Source: an uncultured Gaiellales bacterium
GTDB lineage: Bacteria; Actinomycetota; Thermoleophilia; BMS3ABIN01
Direction of reading: 5' to 3'
Length of the DNA stretch: 64,000 nt
NCBI GenBank assembly: GCA_964497425.1
Contig: CAZCCR010000006.1
Span: 13,306-77,305, forward strand
Shown piece after piece: positions 28,013 to 37,581 of the stretch (position 1 is its first letter; the number at the start of each line of letters is the position of its first letter). The notes below the pieces were generated by a model. That model saw only the letters and a list, made by a program, of their open reading frames with translations. It was not told where the DNA came from and made no database searches. The position numbers and the translations under genes are program-made.

Positions 28013-29077
28013 TCAGTTGCAATCATGCCGTCCGGCCGGAACCTGTTCCTCGCGGCCGATGAGGAAGCGCAGCGCTCCCAGCACAAGCAGGCTGAAGACG
28101 AGGCCGGTGACAGCCCCCAGCTGGTTTATGGTGAAGAGGAACACCTGGCTGAGCAGGATGTTCACCAGCATGGCCCGCTCGAACATCTTGTAGGCGGTCA
28201 GCCGCGAGCGGCGCAGGGACAGGACGCCCAGCAGGATGAAGAGCCCGGATGTGATGCTCGTCACCAGCAGCGCCGAGTCGGAGAAGCCGGGCTCCCGGGC
28301 ACTCTCCCCCAGGCCCTGGGGGAAAAGGACCTCTTCGAAGATGAAAGCCATGCCAACCACCAGCTGGACTATGAAGAAGGTTATCAGCAGCGGGACGAAC
28401 AGCCGCTTCTCGATGATGCTGTAGTAGCGGCGGGCCAGGAACCTCCTCAGGCGCTGATAATACCCCGGACCCGTCGCCGGTACGGTATCCACGTCATCGA
28501 TGAAGCGCGAGAGCGTCACGGTGAGGGGGTCGCCGCCGTCGGCCTGCTCCAGGTAGGAGCGCATCTCCCCGACCTGGTTCGCGTCGAGGTAGCCACGGCG
28601 GTATTCCTGCATCAGGTTGAGGCTGTTCATCAGGTATTCGGTGCGTGAATAGCCCCGTGACGCCAGCGCCCAATGGGCCACCAGGTATATGAGCACGAAG
28701 ATGATGTACATCAGGGAGAAGGAGGGCGCGAAGAAGTAGTCGTTGTCCTGGGTGACGAACTTGCCGATCTCGTCGATGAAAGCTCCGAAACCCAGTCCGC
28801 CGATAAAGGCGCCGGCGTACTCCACCCACTTTCCCATCAACATCAGCCTCAGCAGCGCCGCCACCAGCATGCCCAGTCCGCCCCAGAGCATGTGGGCTAT
28901 GTGCAGCCTGCCGCCTCCCAGCTGGGGATAGCCGGTGAGCTCCAGGAAGATGCGGATCAGCAGGATGATGGAGACAGCCGAGACCAGGAACACCTCCAGC
29001 TGGTTCAATGCCCGCGTATTGCGGATGAAGAGGATGTCGCGCCACCTCTTGCCCCTCCTGACGGTATCGCCGGTCAT
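28013..29077 (-). CDS. Conserved multi-pass membrane protein of unknown function
   Basis: About 8 TM helices; GGGRLHIAHMLWGG and FIDEIGKFVTQDNDYFF motifs; 1-bp gap after the kinase stop. Confidence 0.75.
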   Translation of the reverse strand: MTGDTVRRGKRWRDILFIRNTRALNQLEVFLVSAVSIILLIRIFLELTGYPQLGGGRLHIAHMLWGGLGMLVAALLRLMLMGKWVEYAGAFIGGLGFGAFIDEIGKFVTQDNDYFFAPSFSLMYIIFVLIYLVAHWALASRGYSRTEYLMNSLNLMQEYRRGYLDANQVGEMRSYLEQADGGDPLTVTLSRFIDDVDTVPATGPGYYQRLRRFLARRYYSIIEKRLFVPLLITFFIVQLVVGMAFIFEEVLFPQGLGESAREPGFSDSALLVTSITSGLFILLGVLSLRRSRLTAYKMFERAMLVNILLSQVFLFTINQLGAVTGLVFSLLVLGALRFLIGREEQVPAGRHDCN

Positions 29078-29078
29078 G

Positions 29079-32000
29079 TCAGGCTTCCTTCATGCTCAGC
29101 AGGTCCCTGACCGCTGCCATCACTTCCGGCAGGGAGTAGGGTTTCTGCAGGAAACGGTAACCCTTCTCCTCGATAACCCGGCGGTATTCGTCCTCGTGAT
29201 AGCCGCTGGCCAGCAGCACCGGCAGCGAGGGGTCGTCGGCCAGCAGCCTCTCCACCAGCTGCAGGCCGTTCTCTCCCGGCAGGACGACATCGCTGAATAC
29301 CAGGTCTATCGCGCCGTTCTCCTTCCGGTAGAGTTCCAGGCCCTTGCCGGCGTCGGCGGCCGCCAGCACCCGGTAGCCGCTCCTGGTCAGCATCTTCTCC
29401 AACAGCAGCCTGACACCCTCCTCGTCCTCCACCACCAGCACTTTCTCACCGTGGCCTCCCAGGTCCTCGACGACGGGCTGCTCCCGGGGCTGCCGCACCG
29501 GTTCATAAGGGACGACGGGAAGGAACACCCTGAAGGTGGAGCCCTGTCCCGGCGCGCTGAGGACGTCTATCCAGCCGCCATGCTGTTCGGCGATGCCGTA
29601 GGCGACCGAGAGCCCCAGGCCGGTCCCCTGCCCGGTCTCCTTGGTGCTGTAGAAAGGCTCGAATATGTGCCGGACCGTCTCCTCGTCCATGCCCACACCA
29701 CTGTCGGACACCGTCAGGCGGATATAGTCACCCGGTTCGCTGCCGGCTTCAGGCGGTATCCGGTCCCCGTCCAGGGTGACGTTCCCGGTCCTGAGGATGA
29801 TGTCACCGCCGGCGGGCATGGCGTCGCGGGCGTTGATCACCAGGTTCACCACCACCTGTTCCAGATGGCCGGGGTCGGCGAAGAGGCTCTCGAGGTCTTC
29901 AGCGAGATCGGTGACTATGCGATGCCGTTCGCCGATGAGCCGGTCCAGCATCCTCTTCATGTCCCTCACCACAGCGTTGGCATCGACGATCTTGAGGTTG
30001 AGCTGTTCGCGGCGGCTGAAGAAGAGCAGCTGCCGGGTGACGGCTATGGCGCGCTCCGTGGACTTGCTCACTTCGTAGATGTTCTCCAGCGCCGGGCTGT
30101 CCGGCGGCAGCTCCAGTATGGCCAGGTCCGTATAGCCCTTGATGGCGGTGAGCAGGTTGTTGAAGTCGTGGGCGACGCCGCCGGCCAGGCGGCCGATGCT
30201 CTCCATCTTCTGCGCCTGCAGCAGCTGCTGCTCCATGCGGCGGTGCTCGGTGATGTCCCGGCCGATGCCCCAGTTGCCCGTGATGTTGCCTTCGGAGTCA
30301 CGGATGATGTTGGCGGTGACGGAGAAGAGGAGGGGTGAGCCGTCCTTGCGCCTGAGGGTGATCTCGTAATCCTCCACGAACCCCTTTTCCGCCAGTATCC
30401 GCTGGTAGGCGTCCCGGTCCGCCGGGTCGGCATAGAGGTCGTGGGCCAGGTCCAGTTCCAGCAGCTCCTCCCTGGTGTATCCCAGCATCTCCACCCCGGC
30501 CGGGTTGACCTCGATGAACCGGCCCTCGCTGGAGGCCATGTAGATGGCGTCACGAGATTCCTCGAAGAGAGTGCGGTAACGTTCCTCGCTGGCTCGGCGC
30601 GCCGCCTCCGCCTCTTCGCGCTCCATCTCCGCCGAAGCCCTGGAGGCGAATATCTTCAGCAGCGACTCGCAGAGGGTGAGGTTCTTTATCGGCTGATGGA
30701 ATAACACCGCCATGATGCCCAGCGGGCTCCCGGCCGAGTCCGCCAGCGGGGTTCCCACATACCCTTCTATGCCCATATCCACAAGCATCTGGTCTTCGGG
30801 AAAACGCTCCTGCACGCCGCTGGGATAGGCGCAGAGTTCCTTGCCGATGACTGTCTCGCAGGGAGTCCCCGCCAGTTCGTATTCAAAATCGTCAACCTTC
30901 TCTCCATGGGCATAGGTCTCGATGGTCCGCACCCTGGGCGGCTCTTCCCCGGCCAGTCTGCCGATGAAGGCGAAATCGGCGTCCAGGGCCGCCGCCAGCC
31001 GTTCCACCAGCGAGCGGAAGAAGGATTCACCCGTCTCGGCGGAGACGCCGGTGGCGATGCTGATCACCAGCTTCTCGATCCGCTTGCGTTCGGTGATATC
31101 CTGTGCCGTGCCGCTCATGCGGGCGGGTTTGCCCTGCTCATCCGTGTAAACCTCGCCGATGGCTTCCATCACCCACTGTGTCCCGTCCGGCCTCATGATA
31201 CGTGCGTCGACGTGATAGTGGGAGCAGTCGGCGACGGATTTCCGCACGGCGCGGTCAAGCATGGCCCGGTCGTCCGGGTGCACCATGTCGAGGAAGGCCT
31301 GGTAGGTGGCCTCGAACCCCTGGGGCTCCACACCGAAGATGTGGTACAGTTCGTCCGACCACGTCAACCTGTCGGCGGCGATGTCCCAGTCCCAGCTGCC
31401 CAGGCGCGCCACGTGCTGGGATTCTTCCAGCTGCCGTGTCCTGGCTCTCAAACTCTCCTCCGCCTGTCTGCGCCCGGTGATGAACCTCCGCATCAGCAGT
31501 AACGAGTAGAGCCAGGCGGCGGTGACGAGGGGGATGACCAGGCCCAGGGCTACCATTATCGTCTTTTGCCGCGCATGCTGGGAGTCGAGGGTAGTGTCGA
31601 GGTGGTCCTGGATGGCGGCGACCAGCTCTTCCTCCCTGGCGGTGTAGGCGGTCCTGAGGGCGGCGTAATCCTCGCCGGTGATGGCGGCGAGCGCCCCGGC
31701 GTGGTCGCCTGAGGCTTCGAGGTCCATCGCCTGCCGTTCGCGCGCCCTCAGCGACGCGCTCGAATCACGCAACCCGTCTATGGTCTCCGCGGGCACCAGG
31801 CCCGGCGCCAGCACCAGCAGCTCTGCCAGCGCGTCGCTGAGGGCGCTCTCACTCTCGACGTAACGCTCGCTCCACCCGGCCTCACCCGTCTCCAAAGCCA
31901 GCCGGGCGGACATGGTCAAGGTCTCATTGTCCTGGCCGATGGCGGTGTCCAGCATCTCCAGCGGCAGGTCGCGGGTCTTGAGTGCCTGGAAGTCCTGGTG

Positions 32001-32120
32001 GGTCCGCCAGGCGAACCAGGAAAGGCCGAAGAAGAGACCGAGGGTTAGCAGCAGCGTGACTGTCAGCACGCCGATGGGGAATGCCCCCGCGCCGCCGCCT
32101 GTCCTTTCGTCTTGAGCCAT
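29079..32120 (-). CDS. Hybrid sensor histidine kinase/response regulator (TM-periplasmic-TM, PAS, GAF, PAS, HisKA, HATPase, REC)
   Basis: GSWDWD PAS; H-box GGVAHDFNNLL; QVVVNLVINARDAM; DSGVGM; GTGLGL; receiver VVEDE...SDVVLPG...KPY. Confidence 0.95.
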   Translation of the reverse strand: MAQDERTGGGAGAFPIGVLTVTLLLTLGLFFGLSWFAWRTHQDFQALKTRDLPLEMLDTAIGQDNETLTMSARLALETGEAGWSERYVESESALSDALAELLVLAPGLVPAETIDGLRDSSASLRARERQAMDLEASGDHAGALAAITGEDYAALRTAYTAREEELVAAIQDHLDTTLDSQHARQKTIMVALGLVIPLVTAAWLYSLLLMRRFITGRRQAEESLRARTRQLEESQHVARLGSWDWDIAADRLTWSDELYHIFGVEPQGFEATYQAFLDMVHPDDRAMLDRAVRKSVADCSHYHVDARIMRPDGTQWVMEAIGEVYTDEQGKPARMSGTAQDITERKRIEKLVISIATGVSAETGESFFRSLVERLAAALDADFAFIGRLAGEEPPRVRTIETYAHGEKVDDFEYELAGTPCETVIGKELCAYPSGVQERFPEDQMLVDMGIEGYVGTPLADSAGSPLGIMAVLFHQPIKNLTLCESLLKIFASRASAEMEREEAEAARRASEERYRTLFEESRDAIYMASSEGRFIEVNPAGVEMLGYTREELLELDLAHDLYADPADRDAYQRILAEKGFVEDYEITLRRKDGSPLLFSVTANIIRDSEGNITGNWGIGRDITEHRRMEQQLLQAQKMESIGRLAGGVAHDFNNLLTAIKGYTDLAILELPPDSPALENIYEVSKSTERAIAVTRQLLFFSRREQLNLKIVDANAVVRDMKRMLDRLIGERHRIVTDLAEDLESLFADPGHLEQVVVNLVINARDAMPAGGDIILRTGNVTLDGDRIPPEAGSEPGDYIRLTVSDSGVGMDEETVRHIFEPFYSTKETGQGTGLGLSVAYGIAEQHGGWIDVLSAPGQGSTFRVFLPVVPYEPVRQPREQPVVEDLGGHGEKVLVVEDEEGVRLLLEKMLTRSGYRVLAAADAGKGLELYRKENGAIDLVFSDVVLPGENGLQLVERLLADDPSLPVLLASGYHEDEYRRVIEEKGYRFLQKPYSLPEVMAAVRDLLSMKEA

Positions 32121-32180
32121 AACCTGACATAGCCCGCCGCATAGGGATGGCGGCGCGCCCCTTGTTCATATATGGGTGAA

Positions 32181-32194
32181 TGAAACCGGTTTCA
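32181..32194. promoter_or_regulatory. Perfect 14-bp palindrome resembling a LacI/GalR-family operator
   Basis: TGAAACCGGTTTCA, about 60 bp upstream of the hybrid kinase start. Confidence 0.5.
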
Positions 32195-32275
32195 AACATT
32201 ATTGGCCGGGGACTGGGCGAATCCTGCAGCGGGTCGCCGCAGGATGGTGAGCGCGGCATCGATAGAGGCGGCGGT

Positions 32276-32352
32276 TGGCGCCCCGGGAAGGATTCGAACC
32301 TTCGACCTACCGCTTAGGAGGCGGTCGCTCTGATCCCCTGAGCTACCGGGGC
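32276..32352 (-). tRNA. tRNA-Arg (anticodon CCT)
   Basis: Minus strand GCCCCGGTAGCTCAGGGGATCAGAGCGACCGCCT-CCT-AAGCGGTAGGTCGAAGGTTCGAATCCTTCCCGGGGCGCCA: 7-bp acceptor stem, TTCGAA T-loop, encoded CCA, 77 nt. Confidence 0.96.
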
Positions 32353-32463
32353 GGGCTGCGGCTATCGAGTTTAGCAGAAGGGCGGCGTCCGCGGTAGCAT
32401 CTCCGGCTTTGCCGGCCGGGCGGGAGGGGACCGTCTGAGGACCGCTTGCCGGGGCTGTGCGGC

Positions 32464-33408
32464 TCAGGCCTCGAGCGCCGCCAGCAGCACCTCTTCGATC
32501 ATGCGGTTGAAACCCATGCCATCCGCTTCCGCCGCCATGGGCATGAGGCTGGTGTCGGTGAGGCCGGGGATGGTGTTTATCTCCAGCACGTGAAGGGCGC
32601 CCTCCTCATCCATGATCAGGTCCACCCTGCCGAAGCCGGAGCACTGCAGTACATCGAAGACCTTGAGCGATATCTCCACCGCTTCCGAGGCCACTTCGCC
32701 GGGGATCTCGGCCGGCACCACGTAGTCGGCCTTGCCCGCCGTGTAGCGCGACTCGAAATCGAAGAACTCGGTCTTGGGAATGGCCTCGACGATGGGGAGC
32801 GCCCGCGGCTCGGTGCCGATGACGCTCACCGCCAGCTCCCGCCCCTTGATGTATCTCTCCAGCAGCACCTTGTCATCGAAGCTGAAAGCGGAGATCAGCG
32901 CCGCCGGCAGCTCGTCGACGCTGTGGGCGAAGCGGATGCCCAGGGCCGAGCCCTGCGCCGCCGGCTTGACCACGATGGGGAAGCCCAGCTCCTTGCCGAT
33001 GATCGGCAAAGTGTCCGCCGCCCCCAACTCCTGGAAGGCAGCGCGGTTGAAGGCATAGAAGGACGGCGTGGGGATGCCGTCCGCGACGAAGATGTGCTTG
33101 GTCAGTACCTTGTCCATACAGCGCGCCGACGGCAGCACGTCAGAGCCCGTATAGGGGATGCCCAGGATGTCCAGCAATTCCTGCACCGTGCCGTCCTCGC
33201 CGCCGGCGCCGTGCATGGCGATGAAGGCGGCGTCGGGCTCCAGTTCCTTCAGTCTGCGTACCATGTGCGCGTCGACATCGATGGCCTCGACCCGGTAGCC
33301 CAGCTCCCTCAGGGCCTTCTCCACCCGGGCGCCCGACTTGAGGGACACGTTGCGCTCCAGCGAGCGGCCGCCTTTGAGTACCGCTATGTTCTGTTTACTC
33401 ATTTCCAT
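32464..33408 (-). CDS. ddl: D-alanine--D-alanine ligase (ATP-grasp)
   Basis: GGRSLERNVSLKSG; HGAGGEDG; PYTGS; MDKVLTK; VKPAAQGSALG; LEINTIPGLT. Confidence 0.9.
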   Translation of the reverse strand: MEMSKQNIAVLKGGRSLERNVSLKSGARVEKALRELGYRVEAIDVDAHMVRRLKELEPDAAFIAMHGAGGEDGTVQELLDILGIPYTGSDVLPSARCMDKVLTKHIFVADGIPTPSFYAFNRAAFQELGAADTLPIIGKELGFPIVVKPAAQGSALGIRFAHSVDELPAALISAFSFDDKVLLERYIKGRELAVSVIGTEPRALPIVEAIPKTEFFDFESRYTAGKADYVVPAEIPGEVASEAVEISLKVFDVLQCSGFGRVDLIMDEEGALHVLEINTIPGLTDTSLMPMAAEADGMGFNRMIEEVLLAALEA

Positions 33409-33435
33409 TCCCCCGTAATCTCTGTGGGTTGACGC

Positions 33436-34680
33436 TCATCCTTTAAGGGCCTCGAACAGGGACATCTGTTCCCTGATAACCTTCGCCAGGCGCTTTATGC
33501 CTTCGTCGATCCGCTCCTCGGAGACGGCGCAGAAGGCCAGCCGCATATGGTTGGCGCCGCTGCCGTCCATGTACGCCCCGGCGCCGGGGACGAAAGCCAC
33601 GTTCTCCTGCTCGATGGCAAGGGCCAGCAGGTCCGTGGTATCCAGGTATTCCGGCAGTGTCACCCAGATATAGAAGCCTCCCCGGGGCCTGGTCCAGGAG
33701 GCCTCCTCCGGGAAATACTCCTCCAGAGCCTTAAGCATGGCGTCGCGCCGCTGGTGATAGAGGGCCGTGGTCTTCTCCACGTAATCCTGCCAGCGGAAAT
33801 CCTGGAAGTAGCGGTTGACGATCTTCTGGGCCAGGGTGGAGGGACAGAGGTCGGCCGCCTGTTTGCCCAGGTTGAACTTGGCCAGCAGCGGCGCCGGCGC
33901 GGCCATCCAGCCCAGGCGGATGCCCGGTGAGATTATCTTGGAGAAGGTGCTGAGGTAGATGACGTTCTCATCCTCGTCAAGGGCGTAGAGAGTCGGCTCA
34001 GGCTCGCCCTCGAAACGCAGCTGCCCGTAGGGGTTGTCCTCGATGATGAGCAGCTCCCGCTCCCTGGCGATGGAGACCAGTTCCATGCGCCGCTCCCGGC
34101 TGAGGGAGACGCCGGCGGGGTTGTGGAAGTTCGGTATGACGTAGATGAACTTGGGTTTTTTACCCTCCTTCTCCAGGCGGTCCAGCACCTGCCGCAGCAG
34201 GTCGGTGCGGATGCCGTCGTCGTCCAGCGGCACCTGGTGCACATCGGCTTCGAAGCTGGCGAAGGAGGGGATGGCGCCCGGATAGGTGGGCGCTTCAGCG
34301 ATGATGGCATCCCCCGGGTCTACCAGTATGCGGGTGACCAGGTCTATGCCCTGCTGGCCTCCGGTGGTGATGATCAGGCTCTCCGGGTCCACCAGCGTGT
34401 CCTCCGCCTCCATCACCTTTACGATGTTGCGCTTGGTCTCCTCGAAACCTTCGGTAGGACCGTACTGCAGCGCTGCGGCGCTGTTCTCCATGGCCACGTC
34501 ATGGGTGACCTGGGCCAGCGTCCTGGCGGGGAAGCTCTCCGTGTTGGGCAGTCCGCCCGCCAGGGTGATTATCTCCGGGCGGGCGGTGATGGCCATCAGG
34601 TCGCGCATCACCGAGGAGCGCAGGTGTCCGGTGCGCCGGGCGTAGAACCCATCATACTTGTCAAGGTCTATGCGGGTCAT
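33436..34680 (-). CDS. PLP-dependent class I/II aminotransferase (LysN/MocR-type, no HTH)
   Basis: ITLAGGLPN; LQYGPTEG; IPNFHNPAG; IEDNPYG; STFSKIISPGIRLGW. Start ATG 34680; the track's upstream extension is spurious. Confidence 0.92.
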   Translation of the reverse strand: MTRIDLDKYDGFYARRTGHLRSSVMRDLMAITARPEIITLAGGLPNTESFPARTLAQVTHDVAMENSAAALQYGPTEGFEETKRNIVKVMEAEDTLVDPESLIITTGGQQGIDLVTRILVDPGDAIIAEAPTYPGAIPSFASFEADVHQVPLDDDGIRTDLLRQVLDRLEKEGKKPKFIYVIPNFHNPAGVSLSRERRMELVSIARERELLIIEDNPYGQLRFEGEPEPTLYALDEDENVIYLSTFSKIISPGIRLGWMAAPAPLLAKFNLGKQAADLCPSTLAQKIVNRYFQDFRWQDYVEKTTALYHQRRDAMLKALEEYFPEEASWTRPRGGFYIWVTLPEYLDTTDLLALAIEQENVAFVPGAGAYMDGSGANHMRLAFCAVSEERIDEGIKRLAKVIREQMSLFEALKG

Positions 34681-34776
34681 GGCATCTGATTCTAGACTTG
34701 CCCCTGCCCTATGGCAACAAGGGCTATGATAGAATCCGGCGGTGGAACCTGCTCTCCCGGTATGATGGAGGCGCCG

Positions 34777-35352
34777 ATGGAGGATACATTCACCATATTC
34801 CTGGCTGTGGGAGCCGGCGCCGGTCTGGCTGTGGCCGCCGGCGTCAGGGCTTTCCTGCCCCTGGCCGTGTTCATGTTCCTCGCCCGGATGGACTGGGTCT
34901 GGGGCTACTCCCTTTCCGGCGGCCGCTTCGATTTCCTTCAGTCCGACGCCGCGGTGTACATATTGCTGGCCCTGGTGGTGCTGGAGATAATCCTTACCAG
35001 GGTGTCGCCGCTGAGGGGGCTGGAGCGCATGCTGAGGCTGCCGGCGTCCACGGCTTCCGGGGCCCTGCTGATGGCGGCGGCCATGGCCGTCGACGTCCCC
35101 GGCTACTGGGCTGGACTGGCGGTGGGGGCGCTGCTGGCGCTGGTGGCGGTGTATGTCCACCGGGGGTTGCTGGACGTGGGCGGTGGCAAGGACCCGGGCA
35201 TCGCCCTGGACCTTTCGGTGCTGGTGCTGGCCCTGGCCGTGATGCTGGCTCCGCCGGCAGGATATATCGCGGTGCTGTTCGTGGGCTGGCTGGCGCTCAG
35301 GGTCCGGCGGCTCAGGCGTCGCAAGTACAAGGGGCTCCGCATCCTCGCCTAA
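34777..35352 (+). CDS. DUF4126-family membrane protein
   Basis: GAGLAVAAGVRAFLPL signature; GGAGG before ATG 34777. Confidence 0.75.
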   Translation: MEDTFTIFLAVGAGAGLAVAAGVRAFLPLAVFMFLARMDWVWGYSLSGGRFDFLQSDAAVYILLALVVLEIILTRVSPLRGLERMLRLPASTASGALLMAAAMAVDVPGYWAGLAVGALLALVAVYVHRGLLDVGGGKDPGIALDLSVLVLALAVMLAPPAGYIAVLFVGWLALRVRRLRRRKYKGLRILA

Positions 35353-35437
35353 CGGGGGACGGCCTAGCCGGGGACGTACTTAAACTTATGAAACTTGCGA
35401 GCGGCTGCAGGAGGGTTGAAAGGCAGGCTGAAGCCGA

Positions 35438-35725
35438 ATGGCAACGCTGAAACGTGTGCATGTCCATATCAGCGGCCGCGTCCAGGGGGTTTTTTTCCGC
35501 ATGGCGACGGCGGAGCAGGCCCGGCGCCTGGGGTTGGGGGGATGGGTGCGAAACCGCCTGGACGGGCGCGTCGAGGCGGTCTTCGAAGGAGAGCCCGCGG
35601 TCGTCAGACAGATGGTCGAGTGGTGTCACGCCGGACCGCCCCACGCCCGCGTCGACTCTGTCGTCACAGATGAGGGTGAACAGCCCGAAGGGCTGACTTC
35701 TTTCAAGGTAAGAAGCACCGCCTGA
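35438..35725 (+). CDS. acyP: Acylphosphatase
   Basis: ISGRVQGVFFR; GWVRNRLDGRVEAVFEG. Confidence 0.95.
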   Translation: MATLKRVHVHISGRVQGVFFRMATAEQARRLGLGGWVRNRLDGRVEAVFEGEPAVVRQMVEWCHAGPPHARVDSVVTDEGEQPEGLTSFKVRSTA

Positions 35726-35738
35726 GATTGCCGCGGTC

Positions 35739-36575
35739 TCACCGTGGACGGTCGTGCGCGTGCCCGTGGTCGTCCAGGTGGCTATGGGGATGGATATGCT
35801 CCACCCCATCTTCCTCATGTCTGTGGGGATGGTCGTGGACCAGGTTCGAGCTGAGCAGCAGTCCCCGGTCCTCAAGCACCGCCGCCGGAGCCCCTTCCCC
35901 CGCCAGGCGGTGGTCCTCTCCCAGCACCAGCACCCGGTCGGCGATCTCCGCCGCCAGGCGCAGGTCCTGGGTGGCGGTGACTATCGTCTTGCCGGCTGCT
36001 GCCAGCTGGTTCAACAGCCTCTCCAGGAAACTGGCGGTCTTGGGGTCCAGCCCGGCTGTCGGTTCGTCCAGGAGCAGAACATCCGGGTTTATCGCCAGCA
36101 CCGACGCCAGGGCCACCTTCTTCTTCTCGCCGCCGCTCAGCTCATAGGGAGCCCTGTCCTCGAGCCGTGTCAATCCCAGGATATGCAGGCTGTCGGCTAC
36201 GCGCCGCCGGACCTCCTCCGGCGGCAGCCCGAGGTGCAACGGTCCGAAAGCCACTTCCTCGCCGACACTGGGCGAGAACAGCTGGACATCGGAGTTCTGG
36301 AACAGGAAGCCGACCCGCTGGCGGAAGGAGCGGGACAGTCCTTCATCCTGGAGCGATTCTGCGGTGATCTCGCGGCCGAAGGCCCGGACCGTCCCTTTGT
36401 CGGGGAATATCAGTCCGTCCAGAAGCTTCAGCAGCGTGGATTTGCCGGATCCATTGGCTCCCAGCAGAACCAGACGTTCGCCGGCATATGCGGAAAGGCT
36501 GACGCCGTCCAGCGCCACCGTCTCCCGATAGCGATAGTGGATGTCCACGGCTTCCATGACGGGCGCATCAGGCAA
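35739..36575 (-). CDS. cbiO: ECF transporter ATPase (CbiO/NikO) with His-rich tail
   Basis: GANGSGKST; LSGGEKKKV; LLDEPT; 11 His in the C-terminal ~32 aa. Start TTG 36575 after GGAGGTGA, or ATG 36557. Confidence 0.9.
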   Translation of the reverse strand: MPDAPVMEAVDIHYRYRETVALDGVSLSAYAGERLVLLGANGSGKSTLLKLLDGLIFPDKGTVRAFGREITAESLQDEGLSRSFRQRVGFLFQNSDVQLFSPSVGEEVAFGPLHLGLPPEEVRRRVADSLHILGLTRLEDRAPYELSGGEKKKVALASVLAINPDVLLLDEPTAGLDPKTASFLERLLNQLAAAGKTIVTATQDLRLAAEIADRVLVLGEDHRLAGEGAPAAVLEDRGLLLSSNLVHDHPHRHEEDGVEHIHPHSHLDDHGHAHDRPR

Positions 36576-37581
36576 GGAGGCGATCACCTCCGGCGGCCAG
36601 CAGGGCGGCGGCAATGAGCCCCGCCCCCAGCCAGATATCGCGGGCGGAGAGGGTGAACCGGCGCAACACCAGCGGCTCTCCATCGTAACCACGGCTGACC
36701 ATGGCCGAGTATATTCCGTCGCTCATGGCGCGGGACTTGCCCAGCAGTGCTCCCATGCCGGCGGCGGCGAAGCGCCGCTCTTCGGCGGCCCGGACGCCGT
36801 CTCCGCCGCGGCTGCGCCGGGCCATGTACATGTCCGTTGCCAACCCCAGGAGAAGGTGGATGTAGCGGTATGTCATGGACAGGATGAGGATGAAGACCCG
36901 CGGCACGAAGAAGACGCGCAGTGCCTTCAACAGTTCGGACCAGCGGGTGGTCACCGCCAGCAGCACCGCCAGCGACACGGAGACGGCGACGCGCAGCACC
37001 AGCAGCGCCGCGCCGTACAGGCCCTGCCGGGTGATGGCCAGCGTGTCCCCCAGCGACCAGGGGCCAAGATGGACTTCACGCCCGAAGTCCCAGAGGACCA
37101 GGAGGGGGTCCCCGGGCCTGACCACGTTGAAGATGCTGGGAATGACGACGACACCGGTGAAGATGGGGATGAACAGCCATACCCTTCCCAGGAAAAAGCC
37201 CGTGGGAAGGCGGGAAGCCGCTGCCAGGGCGAGGGTCAGCAGGTACAGCGCCGCCAGGGTGAGAGGGTGGCGGACCAGTGAGGCGGTCAACAGCAGTGCC
37301 AGCAGCGACACAAGCTTGAGGCGGGGGTCCATCCTCTGCAACAGTCCTTCGCGTGCCGCCAGCCGTTCCGAGAAGAGGGCCGACTGCAGGGCGCGGGAGA
37401 TGCCGGTTATGGTGCGCTCGATGGCCCCGGGGCGGCGGCGCCGTCCCGACGGGGTGAGCCCGCCGGGCCGGCTGTCGATGGCGCAGGCGCTGGTTGCACC
37501 CGTCCCGGGGCCGCCTCTCCCATCTCGGGGCGCTTCTTCTCCCAGCAGCCAGGCGGGGAGTGTGGGTGCACCACTGCTCAT
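36568..37581 (-). CDS. cbiQ: ECF transporter T component (CbiQ/NikQ)
   Basis: LQRMDPRLKL; TTRWSELLKALR; MTYRYI; AMVSRGY. ATG 37581 overlaps the upstream stop as ATGA. Confidence 0.9.
   Translation of the reverse strand: MSSGAPTLPAWLLGEEAPRDGRGGPGTGATSACAIDSRPGGLTPSGRRRRPGAIERTITGISRALQSALFSERLAAREGLLQRMDPRLKLVSLLALLLTASLVRHPLTLAALYLLTLALAAASRLPTGFFLGRVWLFIPIFTGVVVIPSIFNVVRPGDPLLVLWDFGREVHLGPWSLGDTLAITRQGLYGAALLVLRVAVSVSLAVLLAVTTRWSELLKALRVFFVPRVFILILSMTYRYIHLLLGLATDMYMARRSRGGDGVRAAEERRFAAAGMGALLGKSRAMSDGIYSAMVSRGYDGEPLVLRRFTLSARDIWLGAGLIAAALLAAGGDRLLA

Noticed and set aside
28013-32352. Possible genomic island integrated at the tRNA-Arg 3' end
   Set aside because: No integrase, no duplicated tRNA 3' end (att) seen, and no obvious compositional shift.
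34681-35160. N-terminal extension of the aminotransferase in the ORF track
   Set aside because: It overlaps the DUF4126 gene on the other strand; homology starts at MTRIDLDKY (34680).
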